This document shows positions 6,015-12,944 of a DNA stretch of 12,944 nucleotides, in pieces; position 1 is the first letter of the stretch; every line of letters begins with the position of its first letter. A program made the position numbers and the translations under genes. The stretch comes from a virus (Duplodnaviria; Heunggongvirae; Uroviricota; Caudoviricetes). The notes beneath the pieces were generated by a model. The model did not search any database, was not told the DNA's origin, and worked only from the letters and a program-made list of their open reading frames with translations. The DNA lies in the IMG/VR virus record IMGVR_UViG_2675903569_000005. The stretch is one strand, 5' to 3'.

Positions 6015-6652
6015 TGAGCAAGCAAACTATATCTGAACGCATAACCCAACGTATGCATGCGCTAAACCTGAAAGGCAAAGACCTTGTCAATGGCACTGGC
6101 GCATCAAAAGGCTCCGTAAGTCAATGGATGAACGGTGGAGGAGCGCCGTCCTCGCGTTACATAAGTTCACTGGCAAAAATATTGAAAGTAAACGAAAATT
6201 GGCTTCTTAATGGAGGAGAGTTAAATACAGGTGATTCGCTTGATCTATCTTTACCGCCGATAAAAACGGTTCCGCTACTATCACTTCAGCAGGCAGCAAG
6301 CTGGAGTGATTATATGAAAAATTCCTCAATAACCTCTTGTGTGCAGCTTGTCGGAGAAATCCCGGTCAATACCTTTGCAGTTGTTCTAGAGAGTGACAGT
6401 ATGTCAACATCTGGTGGGGGAGTTTCCATCCCAAATGGTTCAACAGTTTTTATTGATCCCGATCGAACCGTACAACCAGGAAATATTGTCCTTGCCTTAC
6501 CCAAAGGGACCACAACACCTGTCATTCGTAAACTGGAGATAGAAGGGCCGGATATTCTTTTAGTCCCCACGAATCCTCGCTACCCTTCAATTATGCTGGA
6601 TGATCTATCTTGCATATTGGGCGTATGCTTTAAAATTCAACAAGATATTTAA
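6014..6652 (+). CDS. CI-like prophage repressor: N-terminal XRE HTH plus C-terminal LexA/S24 peptidase domain, 212 aa
   Basis: HTH region GTGASKGSVSQWMNGG; C-terminal domain with a DSMS serine motif and a VIRKL lysine, as in LexA/lambda CI autocleavage domains. Divergent from the cro-like gene. No SD upstream of the ATG. Confidence 0.85.
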   Translation: MSKQTISERITQRMHALNLKGKDLVNGTGASKGSVSQWMNGGGAPSSRYISSLAKILKVNENWLLNGGELNTGDSLDLSLPPIKTVPLLSLQQAASWSDYMKNSSITSCVQLVGEIPVNTFAVVLESDSMSTSGGGVSIPNGSTVFIDPDRTVQPGNIVLALPKGTTTPVIRKLEIEGPDILLVPTNPRYPSIMLDDLSCILGVCFKIQQDI

Positions 6653-6718
6653 CCAACCTCATCTATTTGATTAACTGTATGCCATCGTGGTGATGGCTTA
6701 ACAGCTGCCTGCTTAAAA

Positions 6719-6765
6719 TGTTTTGATAAAAAAACATTGACCTGAAAAGTTCGTTTTTCTAAACT
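6719..6765 (+). promoter_or_regulatory. Candidate repressor-controlled promoter of the ydfABC-dicF-dicB operon
   Basis: Second perfect copy of TGTTTT-N6-AAAACA at 6719..6736, immediately followed by TTGACC (6737..6742)-N17-TAAACT (6760..6765). Same -10 hexamer as the PR-like promoter. Confidence 0.45.
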
Positions 6766-6944
6766 CCATTCATTCCCTCACCCCATCCTACAGAATGCAG
6801 GGCAATACTTCGAGTTACCAGGCAGTGGTCAGGGGTTAAGTAGCCAGCCCGAGGCGTAAGAACATGACGGCAGGGTTCAACTTTAATAACTATGCAGCAG
6901 GTTTTTGTTCCGCTACCCCGGCGTTAAGGGGAAATGAGGTCAGC

Positions 6945-7100
6945 ATGGATACTATCGATCTTGGCAACAGCGAATCTCTGGTATGTGGCGTGTTCCCCAA
7001 CCAGGACGGTACGTTCACCGTGATGACGTATACCAAAAGCAAAACGTTTAAAACCGAAAATGGTGCCCGTCGCTGGCTGGAAAGAAACTCAGGTGAGTGA
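6945..7100 (+). CDS. ydfA: YdfA-like small protein (DUF1391), 51 aa
   Basis: Internal ATG at 6945 with GAGG 5 nt upstream gives MDTIDLGNSESLVCGVFPNQDGTFTVMTYTKSKTFKTENGARRWLERNSGE, close to recalled Qin YdfA. The longer track ORF from 6864 has a poorer RBS. Confidence 0.75.
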   Translation: MDTIDLGNSESLVCGVFPNQDGTFTVMTYTKSKTFKTENGARRWLERNSGE

Positions 7101-7101
7101 T

Positions 7102-7230
7102 ATGGATTTCGACACAATCATGGAAAAGGCTTACGAAGAATACTTCGAAGGCCTTGCCGAAGGCGAAGAAGCTCTCAGCTTCAGTGAGTTTAAACAGGCG
7201 CTTTCCAGCTCGGCAAAATCTAACGGCTGA
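7102..7230 (+). CDS. ydfB: YdfB-like small protein, 42 aa
   Basis: Hand translation MDFDTIMEKAYEEYFEGLAEGEEALSFSEFKQALSSSAKSNG, stop at 7228..7230, start 2 nt after the ydfA stop. Matches recalled YdfB; absent from the track because it is under 60 aa. Confidence 0.75.
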   Translation: MDFDTIMEKAYEEYFEGLAEGEEALSFSEFKQALSSSAKSNG

Positions 7231-7259
7231 TAAGCGAAGCAGCACCGCGAGGAATCAGT

Positions 7260-7461
7260 ATGCAGAAACGAGAACCCGTCATCATCGCGCCAGACTATAC
7301 CGATGATGAACTTTATGNNNNNNNNNNCGCAGGATCTGAAATGGGCCAATGAAGCCAGGGCTAAGCAGGCTGAAAATCTGTCCGCTCTGGAGCAGGATAT
7401 CACCAGGCTGGAAAAAGCAGCGGCATTAAGCATTGCCAGAATGATTACATACCCGCGTTAA
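7260..7461 (+). CDS. ydfC: YdfC-like protein, interrupted by an N-gap at 7318..7327
   Basis: ATG at 7260 with GAGGAA upstream gives MQKREPVIIAPDYTDDELY, then the gap, then QDLKWANEARAKQAENLSALEQDITRLEKAAALSIARMITYPR to a TAA at 7459..7461. Frames either side of the gap differ by 1 nt, so the gap length is not faithful. Confidence 0.65.
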
Positions 7462-7801
7462 TAGCTAACCAACGAAGCTAAGGTTGGTAATTAAGGAGTT
7501 CTCCACGGGTGAGGTGGAGTGCGTGCGCCGGACACGGGTGAGCATCCGGCACTGACAGTTTACTGAAAGGATATTTCCCTGAAAAGTCAGGGCATAACAC
7601 GAAAGCGCCCGGAGAAGTTAGTCTCTCTGTATAGGTCGTCGTTAAATTTAATTCGATCGTGCGCTTCCGGTTGTGGCAATCCGCGAAATGGCGCGGCGGT
7701 AAGTATGGCGGGGTTATTCCTTCCCCCGTTGAGGACACCGGGTTGTCAGGTTGACCATACGCTTAAGTGACAACCCCGCTGCAACGCCCTCTGTTATCAA
7801 T

Positions 7802-7854
7802 TTTCTGGTGACGTTTGGCGGTATCAGTTTTACTCCGTGACTGCTCTGCCGCCC
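7802..7854 (+). ncRNA. dicF: DicF small RNA (ftsZ-targeting sRNA of the dicB operon)
   Basis: TTTCTGGTGACGTTTGGCGGTATCAGTTTTACTCCGTGACTGCTCTGCCGCCC followed by TTTTT matches my recollection of the 53-nt DicF sequence, and it lies between ydfC and dicB as in Qin. Confidence 0.8.
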
Positions 7855-8028
7855 TTTTTAAAGTGAATTTTGTGATGTGGTGAATGCGGCTGAGCGCACG
7901 CGGAACAGTTAAAACCAAAAACAGTGTTATGGGTGGATTCTCTGTATCCGGCGTTAATTGTTAACTGGTTAACGTCACCTGGAGGCACCAGGCACCGCAT
8001 CACAAAACTCATTGTTGAGGGCGCGATA

Positions 8029-8217
8029 ATGAAAACGTTATTACCAAACGTTAATACGTCTGAAGGTTGTTTTGAAATTGGTGTCACTATCAGTAATCCT
8101 GTATTTACTGAAGAGGCCATTAACAAAAGAAAACACGAACGGGAGTTATTAAATAAAGTATGCATTGTTTCAATGCTGGCCCGTTTACGTCTGATGCCAA
8201 AAGGATGTGCACAATGA
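8029..8217 (+). CDS. dicB: Cell division inhibitor DicB, 62 aa
   Basis: ATG 8029 with GAGG upstream gives MKTLLPNVNTSEGCFEIGVTISNPVFTEEAINKRKHERELLNKVCIVSMLARLRLMPKGCAQ, matching recalled DicB. The track ORF carries an upstream in-frame extension. Confidence 0.85.
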   Translation: MKTLLPNVNTSEGCFEIGVTISNPVFTEEAINKRKHERELLNKVCIVSMLARLRLMPKGCAQ

Positions 8218-8405
8218 ATCCAGCATTTGCGCTTGTTCTGACGGTTTTTCTTGTTTCCGGAGAGCCAGTTGATATTGCAGTCAGTGTTCACAGAACAATG
8301 CAGGAATGTATGGCAGCAGCAACCGAACAGAAAATTCCCGGTAACTGTTACCCGGTCGATAAAGTTATTCACCAGGATAATATCGAAACCCCGGCAGGTC
8401 TTTAA
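8214..8405 (+). CDS. ydfD: YdfD-like small protein, 63 aa
   Basis: ATG 8214 overlaps the dicB stop (ATGA). Product MNPAFALVLTVFLVSGEPVDIAVSVHRTMQECMAAATEQKIPGNCYPVDKVIHQDNIETPAGL. Confidence 0.8.
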   Translation: MNPAFALVLTVFLVSGEPVDIAVSVHRTMQECMAAATEQKIPGNCYPVDKVIHQDNIETPAGL

Positions 8406-8477
8406 AACAGTTCCGTAATAAATATCCGGTTTCATTCTTATATGCCAGCAATGGCAGGGATTTGTTCNNNNNNNNNN

Positions 8478-8519
8478 ATTTGGCGGTATCAGTTTTACTC
8501 CGTGACTGCTCTGCCGCCC
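8478..8519 (+). ncRNA. dicF: Second DicF copy; 5' end hidden in the N-run
   Basis: ATTTGGCGGTATCAGTTTTACTCCGTGACTGCTCTGCCGCCC plus TTTTT is identical to the 3' 41 nt of copy 1 including the terminator. The 5' 11-12 nt fall in or next to the gap. Confidence 0.55.
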
Positions 8520-8693
8520 TTTTTAAAGTGAATTTTGTGATGCGGTGAATGCGGCTAAGCGCACGCGGAACAGTTAAAACCAAAAACAGTGTTATGGGTG
8601 GATTCTCTGTATCCGGCGTTAATTGTTAACTGGTTAACGTCACCTGGAGGCACCAGGCACCGCATCACAAAATTCATTGTTGAGGACGCGATA

Positions 8694-8882
8694 ATGGAAA
8701 CGTTATTACCAAACGTTAATACGTCTGAAGGTTGTTTTGAAATTGGTGTCACTATCAGTAACCCTGTATTTACTGAAGATGCCATTAACAAGAGAAAACA
8801 CGAACGGGAGTTATTAAATAAAATATGCATTCTTTCAATGCTGGCCCGTTTACGTCCGATACAAAAAGGATGTGCACAATGA
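8694..8882 (+). CDS. dicB: DicB paralog (copy 2), 62 aa, diverged
   Basis: METLLPNVNTSEGCFEIGVTISNPVFTEDAINKRKHERELLNKICILSMLARLRPIQKGCAQ. Differs from copy 1 at K2E, E28D, V44I, V47L and in the C-terminal LRLMPK to LRPIQK. Confidence 0.75.
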   Translation: METLLPNVNTSEGCFEIGVTISNPVFTEDAINKRKHERELLNKICILSMLARLRPIQKGCAQ

Positions 8883-9070
8883 ATACAGCATTTGCACTTG
8901 TTCTGACAGTTTTTCTTGTTTCCGGAGAGCCAGTTGATATTGCAGTCAGTGTTCACAGGACAATGCAGGAGTGTGTGACTGCAGCAACCGAACAGAAAAT
9001 TCCCGGTAACTGTTACCCGGTCGATAAAGTTATTCACCAGGATAATAACGAAATCCCGGCAGGTCTTTAA
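8879..9070 (+). CDS. ydfD: YdfD paralog (copy 2), 63 aa
   Basis: MNTAFALVLTVFLVSGEPVDIAVSVHRTMQECVTAATEQKIPGNCYPVDKVIHQDNNEIPAGL; start overlaps the dicB copy-2 stop. Confidence 0.75.
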   Translation: MNTAFALVLTVFLVSGEPVDIAVSVHRTMQECVTAATEQKIPGNCYPVDKVIHQDNNEIPAGL

Positions 9071-9162
9071 AACAGTTCCGTAATAAATATCCGGTTTCAT
9101 TCTTATATGCCAGCAATGGCAGGGATTTGTTCACCCTTAAATCTGTAATGAGGTAAAACAAA

Positions 9163-10933
9163 ATGAGTAAAGTCTTTATTTGCGCCGCCATTCCGGACGA
9201 ACAGGCAATAAAGGAAGAAGGTGCAGTCGCTGTAGCCACTGCCATTGAAGCCGGTGATGAACGTCGCGCCCGCGCAAAATTTCACTGGCAATTCCTGGAA
9301 CATNNNNNNNNNNNNNNNNTGAGGATAAACCCGGCATACCCCGCCCTGCCCTCGATTCCTGGGATGCTGAATATATGCAGGAAAACCGCTGGGATGAGGA
9401 GTCTGCTTCCTTTGTCCCGGTTGAGACTGAATCAGATCCGATGAACGTCACTTTTGACAAGTTGGCCCCTGAAGTACAGAACGCTGTCATGGTTAAGTTC
9501 GACACATGTGAAAACATCACCGTTGATATGGTTATTAGCGCACAGGAATTGTTGCAGGAAGACATGGCAACATTCGACGGACATATCGTTGAAGCGTTGA
9601 TGAAAATGCCAGAAGTTAACGCCATGTATCCGGAGCTTAAGCTGCATGCCATCGGGTGGGTTAAGCATAAATGTAAGCCTGGTGCCAAATGGCCCGAAAT
9701 TCAGGCAGAGATGCGCATCTGGAAAAAACGTCGCGAAGGTGAACGCAAGGAAACCGGAAAATACACGTCTGTTGTTGATCTCGCCCGCGCCAGAACCAAT
9801 CAACAGCACAGTGAAAATTCAACAGGAAAAATCAGCCCGGTCATTGCTGCCATTCATCGCGAATACAAGCAGACATGGAAAACACTGGATGACGAACTGG
9901 CCTACGCTCTCTGGCCTGGTGATGTGGATGCCNNNNNNNNNNNNNNNNNNNNNNNNNNNNNNNNNNNNNNNNNNNNNNNNNNNNNNNNNNNNNNNNNNNN
10001 NNNNNNNNNNNNNNNNNNNNNNNNNNGACTATTTTTGGCCTTGTCCGTGAACGTCCGATCGACATTCACAAAGACCCTGTGGCACTGAACAAATACATTA
10101 CTGAATACCTGACTACAAAGGGCGTGTTTGAAGATGAAGGAAGAAATCAGAGCGCAACTGATACTCTCTCGTCGCCAGTACCAGAAACTGATGCAGTGGA
10201 AACGGCAATGCCGGACAACGAAAAAACCGAATGCGAAATGGAAGACGAACCATCTGTAGAGCGTGAGGGACCGTTCTACTTCCTTTTCACCGATAAGGAC
10301 GGCGAAAAATACGGTCGCGCAAACAAACTTTCTGGTCTGGAAAAAGCACTGGCCCTGGGAGCTACGGAAATCACAAAAGAGGAATACTTCGCACGTAAAA
10401 ACGGCACGTACTCTGGTTCACAACAAAATACTGGTGCATCTGACACGATCGCACAACCAGAGCCGGTAAAAGTTACCGCTGACGAAGTAAACAAAATTAT
10501 GCAGGCAGCCAATATCAGCCAGCCTGACGCCAATAAGTTGCTTGCTGTATCACGTGGTGAATTTGTTGCAGGGATTAGCGACCCGAATGATCCGAAATGG
10601 GTGAAGGGGATTGAAACCCGCGATTCAGTGAATCAGAACCAGCAAGAAACGGAACAGAACGGCCAGAAAGCGGAACAAAACAGCCCAAATGCGTTACAAA
10701 ACGAGCCAGAAACGAAACAGCCTGAACCAGTGGCGCAACAGGAANNNNNNNNNNNNNNNNNNNNNNNNNNNNNNNNNNNNNNNNNNNNNNNNNNNNNNNN
10801 NNNNNNNNNNNNNNNNNNNNNNNNNNNNNNNNNNNAGGCGCTGAACATCCACACAAGGAGAACACTGACGGCAATCAGCATCACGATAGCGATAATGAAA
10901 CTGGCGAGACGGCAGATCACTCAATTAAGGTGA
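9163..10933 (+). CDS. RecE/YdfE-like N-terminal region (exonuclease VIII scaffold-like), broken by three N-gaps; may be one ORF with the downstream exonuclease domain, or a pseudogene
   Basis: Segments MSKVFICAAIPDEQAIKEEGAVAVATAIEAGDERRARAKFHWQFLEH / EDKPGIPRPALDSWDAEYMQENRWDEE... / TIFGLVRERPIDIHKDPVALNKYITEYL ... LLAVSRGEFVAGISDPNDPKWVKGIETRD resemble my recollection of YdfE/RecE N-terminal sequence. Each segment is open up to the adjoining gap. Frames across the gaps do not match the literal N lengths. Confidence 0.5.
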
Positions 10934-11523
10934 ACGGTCATCAAGAAATCACATCCACCAGCAGGACGTGTGACCATCTAATGATCGACCTTGAAACCAT
11001 GGGAAAAAATCCTGATGCCCCGATCATCTCAATAGGTGCAATATTTTTCGATCCGCAAACCGGAGATATGGGACCGGAATTTAGTAAGACTATCGATCTG
11101 GAAACTGCTGGCGGAGTCATTGATCGGGACACCATTAAATGGTGGCTTAAGCAATCACGCGAAGCGCAATCTGCCATTATGACCGATGAAATCCCGTTAG
11201 ATGATGCACTGTTACAATTGCGGGAATTTATCGACGAAAACTCCGGTGAATTTTTTGTTCAGGTCTGGGGAAATGGAGCCAACTTCGACAACACGATTTT
11301 GCGCCGTTCATACGAACGGCAGGGGATCCCCTGCCCGTGGCGTTACTACAACGATCGCGATGTACGCACAATCGTTGAGCTGGGGAAAGCCATAGACTTC
11401 GATGCCAGAACGGCTATTCCATTCGAAGGTGAGCGCCATAATGCACTTGATGACGCCCGTTACCAGGCAAAATACGTTTCAGTTATCTGGCAAAAACTGA
11501 TCCCGAATCAGGCTGATTTTTAA
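10930..11523 (+). CDS. DEDDh (DnaQ-like) 3'-5' exonuclease domain protein
   Basis: Exo I MIDLETMG, Exo II WGNGANFD and Exo III HNALDDARY motifs. This frame is also open upstream for 49 codons back to the gap at 10835, so the track start (GTG 10930) may be internal to a larger ORF; the first ATG is at 10981. Confidence 0.75.
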   Translation: MNGHQEITSTSRTCDHLMIDLETMGKNPDAPIISIGAIFFDPQTGDMGPEFSKTIDLETAGGVIDRDTIKWWLKQSREAQSAIMTDEIPLDDALLQLREFIDENSGEFFVQVWGNGANFDNTILRRSYERQGIPCPWRYYNDRDVRTIVELGKAIDFDARTAIPFEGERHNALDDARYQAKYVSVIWQKLIPNQADF

Positions 11524-11587
11524 TGTTCAACCCCGGTCGTTGCCCACCAGCTATAGTGGCGGCGACCATGATTAGCGAACGACGCTC

Positions 11588-11836
11588 ATGGCAAGACTTA
11601 TTCTGCTCACTGAGTGGGCAAAAGAGGAATTCAGTGAACCGGTCCCAACTCCGAGTACGTTAAGTAAATACGCTAAAGCCGGAATGATATTTCCTCTCCC
11701 CAAAAAAGTTGGAAGACGCTGGCGAGTGGATCCGCAAGCTCGCTTTGTCGGAATGGTAAACAAGCCGGAGGTGATCGCCACAGATCACCCTGCTTTGAAG
11801 AGGATACTGGAAGATGGCGCGCCCGCGAAAATATAA
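11588..11836 (+). CDS. xis: Excisionase (Xis-like)
   Basis: 82-aa ORF overlapping the int start by 23 nt. LTEWAKE...TLSKYAKAGMIFPLPKKVGRRWRV parallels the lambda Xis DNA-binding region. Confidence 0.7.
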   Translation: MARLILLTEWAKEEFSEPVPTPSTLSKYAKAGMIFPLPKKVGRRWRVDPQARFVGMVNKPEVIATDHPALKRILEDGAPAKI

Positions 11837-12944
11837 AACCGATGTTCCGGGATTATCTCCGTATTTTGACAAAAGAAATAACAAAGTTTACTGGCGTTAC
11901 AGGCATCCCATAACAGGCAAAAATCACGGTCTCGGCAGTATTGACCAGAAACTGGCAGAAACTATTGCAGCAGAAGCGAACAGCCGTCTTGCCCGGCAGC
12001 AAATGGAACAAATGCTCAGTCTGCAGGAGAAAATTATTAGTGATACCGGCGGTTCATCAACCGTTACCATTTTTCTGAATAATTACAGAAAAATTCAACA
12101 GGAAAGATATGAAAACGGCGAGATCAAACTCAACACGCTGAAACAGAAAGCGGCCCCTCTCAGGGTATTTGATGAACGTTTTGGCACCAGACCGTTAGAT
12201 GCCATAACCGTAAAAGATGTGGTATCAGTACTGGAAGAGTACAAGGCCAGAGGACATAACAGAATGGGACAAATTTTCAGGAAAGTACTGATCGATGTTT
12301 TCCGGGAAGCTCAGCAAACGGGCGATGTCCCGCCAGGCTTTAACCCTGCAGAATCGGCAAAAAAACCGCAGGTGCGGATATCAAGACAGCGACTGACTTT
12401 TGATGAGTGGATGATGATTTATAACGCAGCGGAAAAGGATGGTTACTTTTTACAGCGCGGTATGCTGCTGGCACTGATGACAGGCCAGCGCCTTTCAGAT
12501 ATTTGCAAAATGCAATTTTCGGATATCCGGGATGGTTATCTTCATGTCGAACAGCAAAAAACAGGAACCCGGATTGCCATCCCTCTGGCTCTGCGTTGCG
12601 ATAAATTAAATCTCACCCTGGATGATGTAGTGTCATCCTGCCGCGATTGCGTTCTTAGTCCGTGGCTATTGCACCACCATCACGCGAAAGGGACAGCTAA
12701 GCGCGGCGGGATGGTTAAGCCAGCAACATTAACCGTTGCATTTAAAAAAGCCCGGGATTCTGTGGATTACAACTGGCGTGCTAATGGCACCCCACCCTCT
12801 TTCCATGAGCAGAGATCTTTATCAGAGCGATTGTTCAGAGAGCAGGGGGTTGATACCAAAATTTTGCTGGGCCATTCGAATCAAAAAATGACCGATATTT
12901 ACAACGACGCACGCGGTAAGGAATGGAAAAAACTGGTCATTTGA
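11814..12944 (+). CDS. int: Lambda-family tyrosine integrase, 376 aa
   Basis: C-terminus FHEQRSLSERLFREQGVDTKILLGHSNQKMTDIYNDARGKEWKKLVI aligns with the lambda Int catalytic tail (HELRSLSARLY...LLGH...Y..DRGREW); the N-terminus resembles the arm-binding domain. Stop is at the last base of the window, so attL/attR lies just beyond. Confidence 0.9.
   Translation: MARPRKYKTDVPGLSPYFDKRNNKVYWRYRHPITGKNHGLGSIDQKLAETIAAEANSRLARQQMEQMLSLQEKIISDTGGSSTVTIFLNNYRKIQQERYENGEIKLNTLKQKAAPLRVFDERFGTRPLDAITVKDVVSVLEEYKARGHNRMGQIFRKVLIDVFREAQQTGDVPPGFNPAESAKKPQVRISRQRLTFDEWMMIYNAAEKDGYFLQRGMLLALMTGQRLSDICKMQFSDIRDGYLHVEQQKTGTRIAIPLALRCDKLNLTLDDVVSSCRDCVLSPWLLHHHHAKGTAKRGGMVKPATLTVAFKKARDSVDYNWRANGTPPSFHEQRSLSERLFREQGVDTKILLGHSNQKMTDIYNDARGKEWKKLVI

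Larger units (their letters stand above)
7803..8467. repeat. Tandem duplication, copy 1 of a 665-bp unit (DicF-dicB-ydfD)
   Basis: 7814..8467 aligns with 8479..9132 at a constant 665-bp offset with scattered substitutions. The ends of both copies read GCAGGGATTTGTTC. Confidence 0.8.
8468..9132. repeat. Tandem duplication, copy 2 of the 665-bp unit; its first 10 nt are N-masked
   Basis: Same alignment as copy 1. The junction between copies coincides with the N-run at 8468..8477. Confidence 0.75.

Noticed and set aside
5924-6058. N-terminal 45-codon extension of the cro-like ORF
   Set aside because: The extension is hydrophobic nonsense reading across the operator/promoter region; the ATG at 5923 has a proper SD.
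6681-6697. Hairpin GCCATC-GTGGT-GATGGC after the repressor stop, as a terminator
   Set aside because: No U-run follows and the downstream promoter/operator is the more likely control point; kept only as a weak possibility.
6864-6944. Upstream start of ydfA at 6864 (78-aa version)
   Set aside because: The recalled YdfA is about 51 aa, and ATG 6945 has the better SD spacing.
7830-9100. Long minus-strand ORFs (201 aa at 7830..8435 and 181 aa at 8555..9100) antisense to dicB/ydfD in both repeat copies
   Set aside because: They lie opposite two well-recognised genes, have Cys/Asn/Phe-rich low-complexity composition and no RBS. Their presence in both copies simply follows from the duplication.
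9030-9809. Minus-strand ORFs 9030..9245, 9103..9303, 9176..9688 and 9432..9809
   Set aside because: Antisense to ydfD copy 2 and to the RecE-like ORF; several span N-gaps so their continuity is artificial.
10263-10924. ORFs 10263..10469 (+), 10276..10533 (-), 10575..10874 (-), 10633..10920 (-) and 10694..10924 (-)
   Set aside because: Alternative frames or antisense within the RecE-like region, several bridging the 91-N gap; no support.
11572-11884. Minus-strand ORFs 11572..11781 and 11660..11884, and plus-strand 11201..11395
   Set aside because: Antisense or out-of-frame relative to xis, int and the exonuclease, all of which have clear family signatures.

Overview
The window reads as a lambdoid prophage segment of Qin/Rac type from an E. 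coli-like enterobacterium, in inverted orientation. Minus strand, right to left (PR-side operon): Cro/YdaS-like regulator, YdaT-like protein, YdaU-like replication initiator carrying internal iteron-like repeats, several small unknown genes including two very acidic mini-proteins and an ORF with a frame discontinuity, a small membrane protein in an AT-rich islet, hokD-like type I toxin with terminator, then a nin-like block ending in a partial rusA at the window edge. Plus strand (PL-side operon): CI-like repressor with LexA-type S24 domain, ydfA-ydfB-ydfC, DicF sRNA, dicB-ydfD (the DicF-dicB-ydfD unit is tandemly duplicated), a gapped RecE-N-terminal-like ORF that appears to run in frame into a DEDDh 3'-5' exonuclease domain, excisionase and a lambda-type integrase. 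Five N-runs interrupt the PL side and are treated as gaps of unknown length. No tRNA, rRNA, CRISPR array or IS element was recognised. Protein identities rest on recalled motifs and synteny, not on searches. The most unusual items are the duplicated DicF-dicB-ydfD cassette, the RecE-like/DEDDh chimera, the putative origin inside the replication gene, and the uncharacterised coupled operon where K-12 Qin carries relBE.
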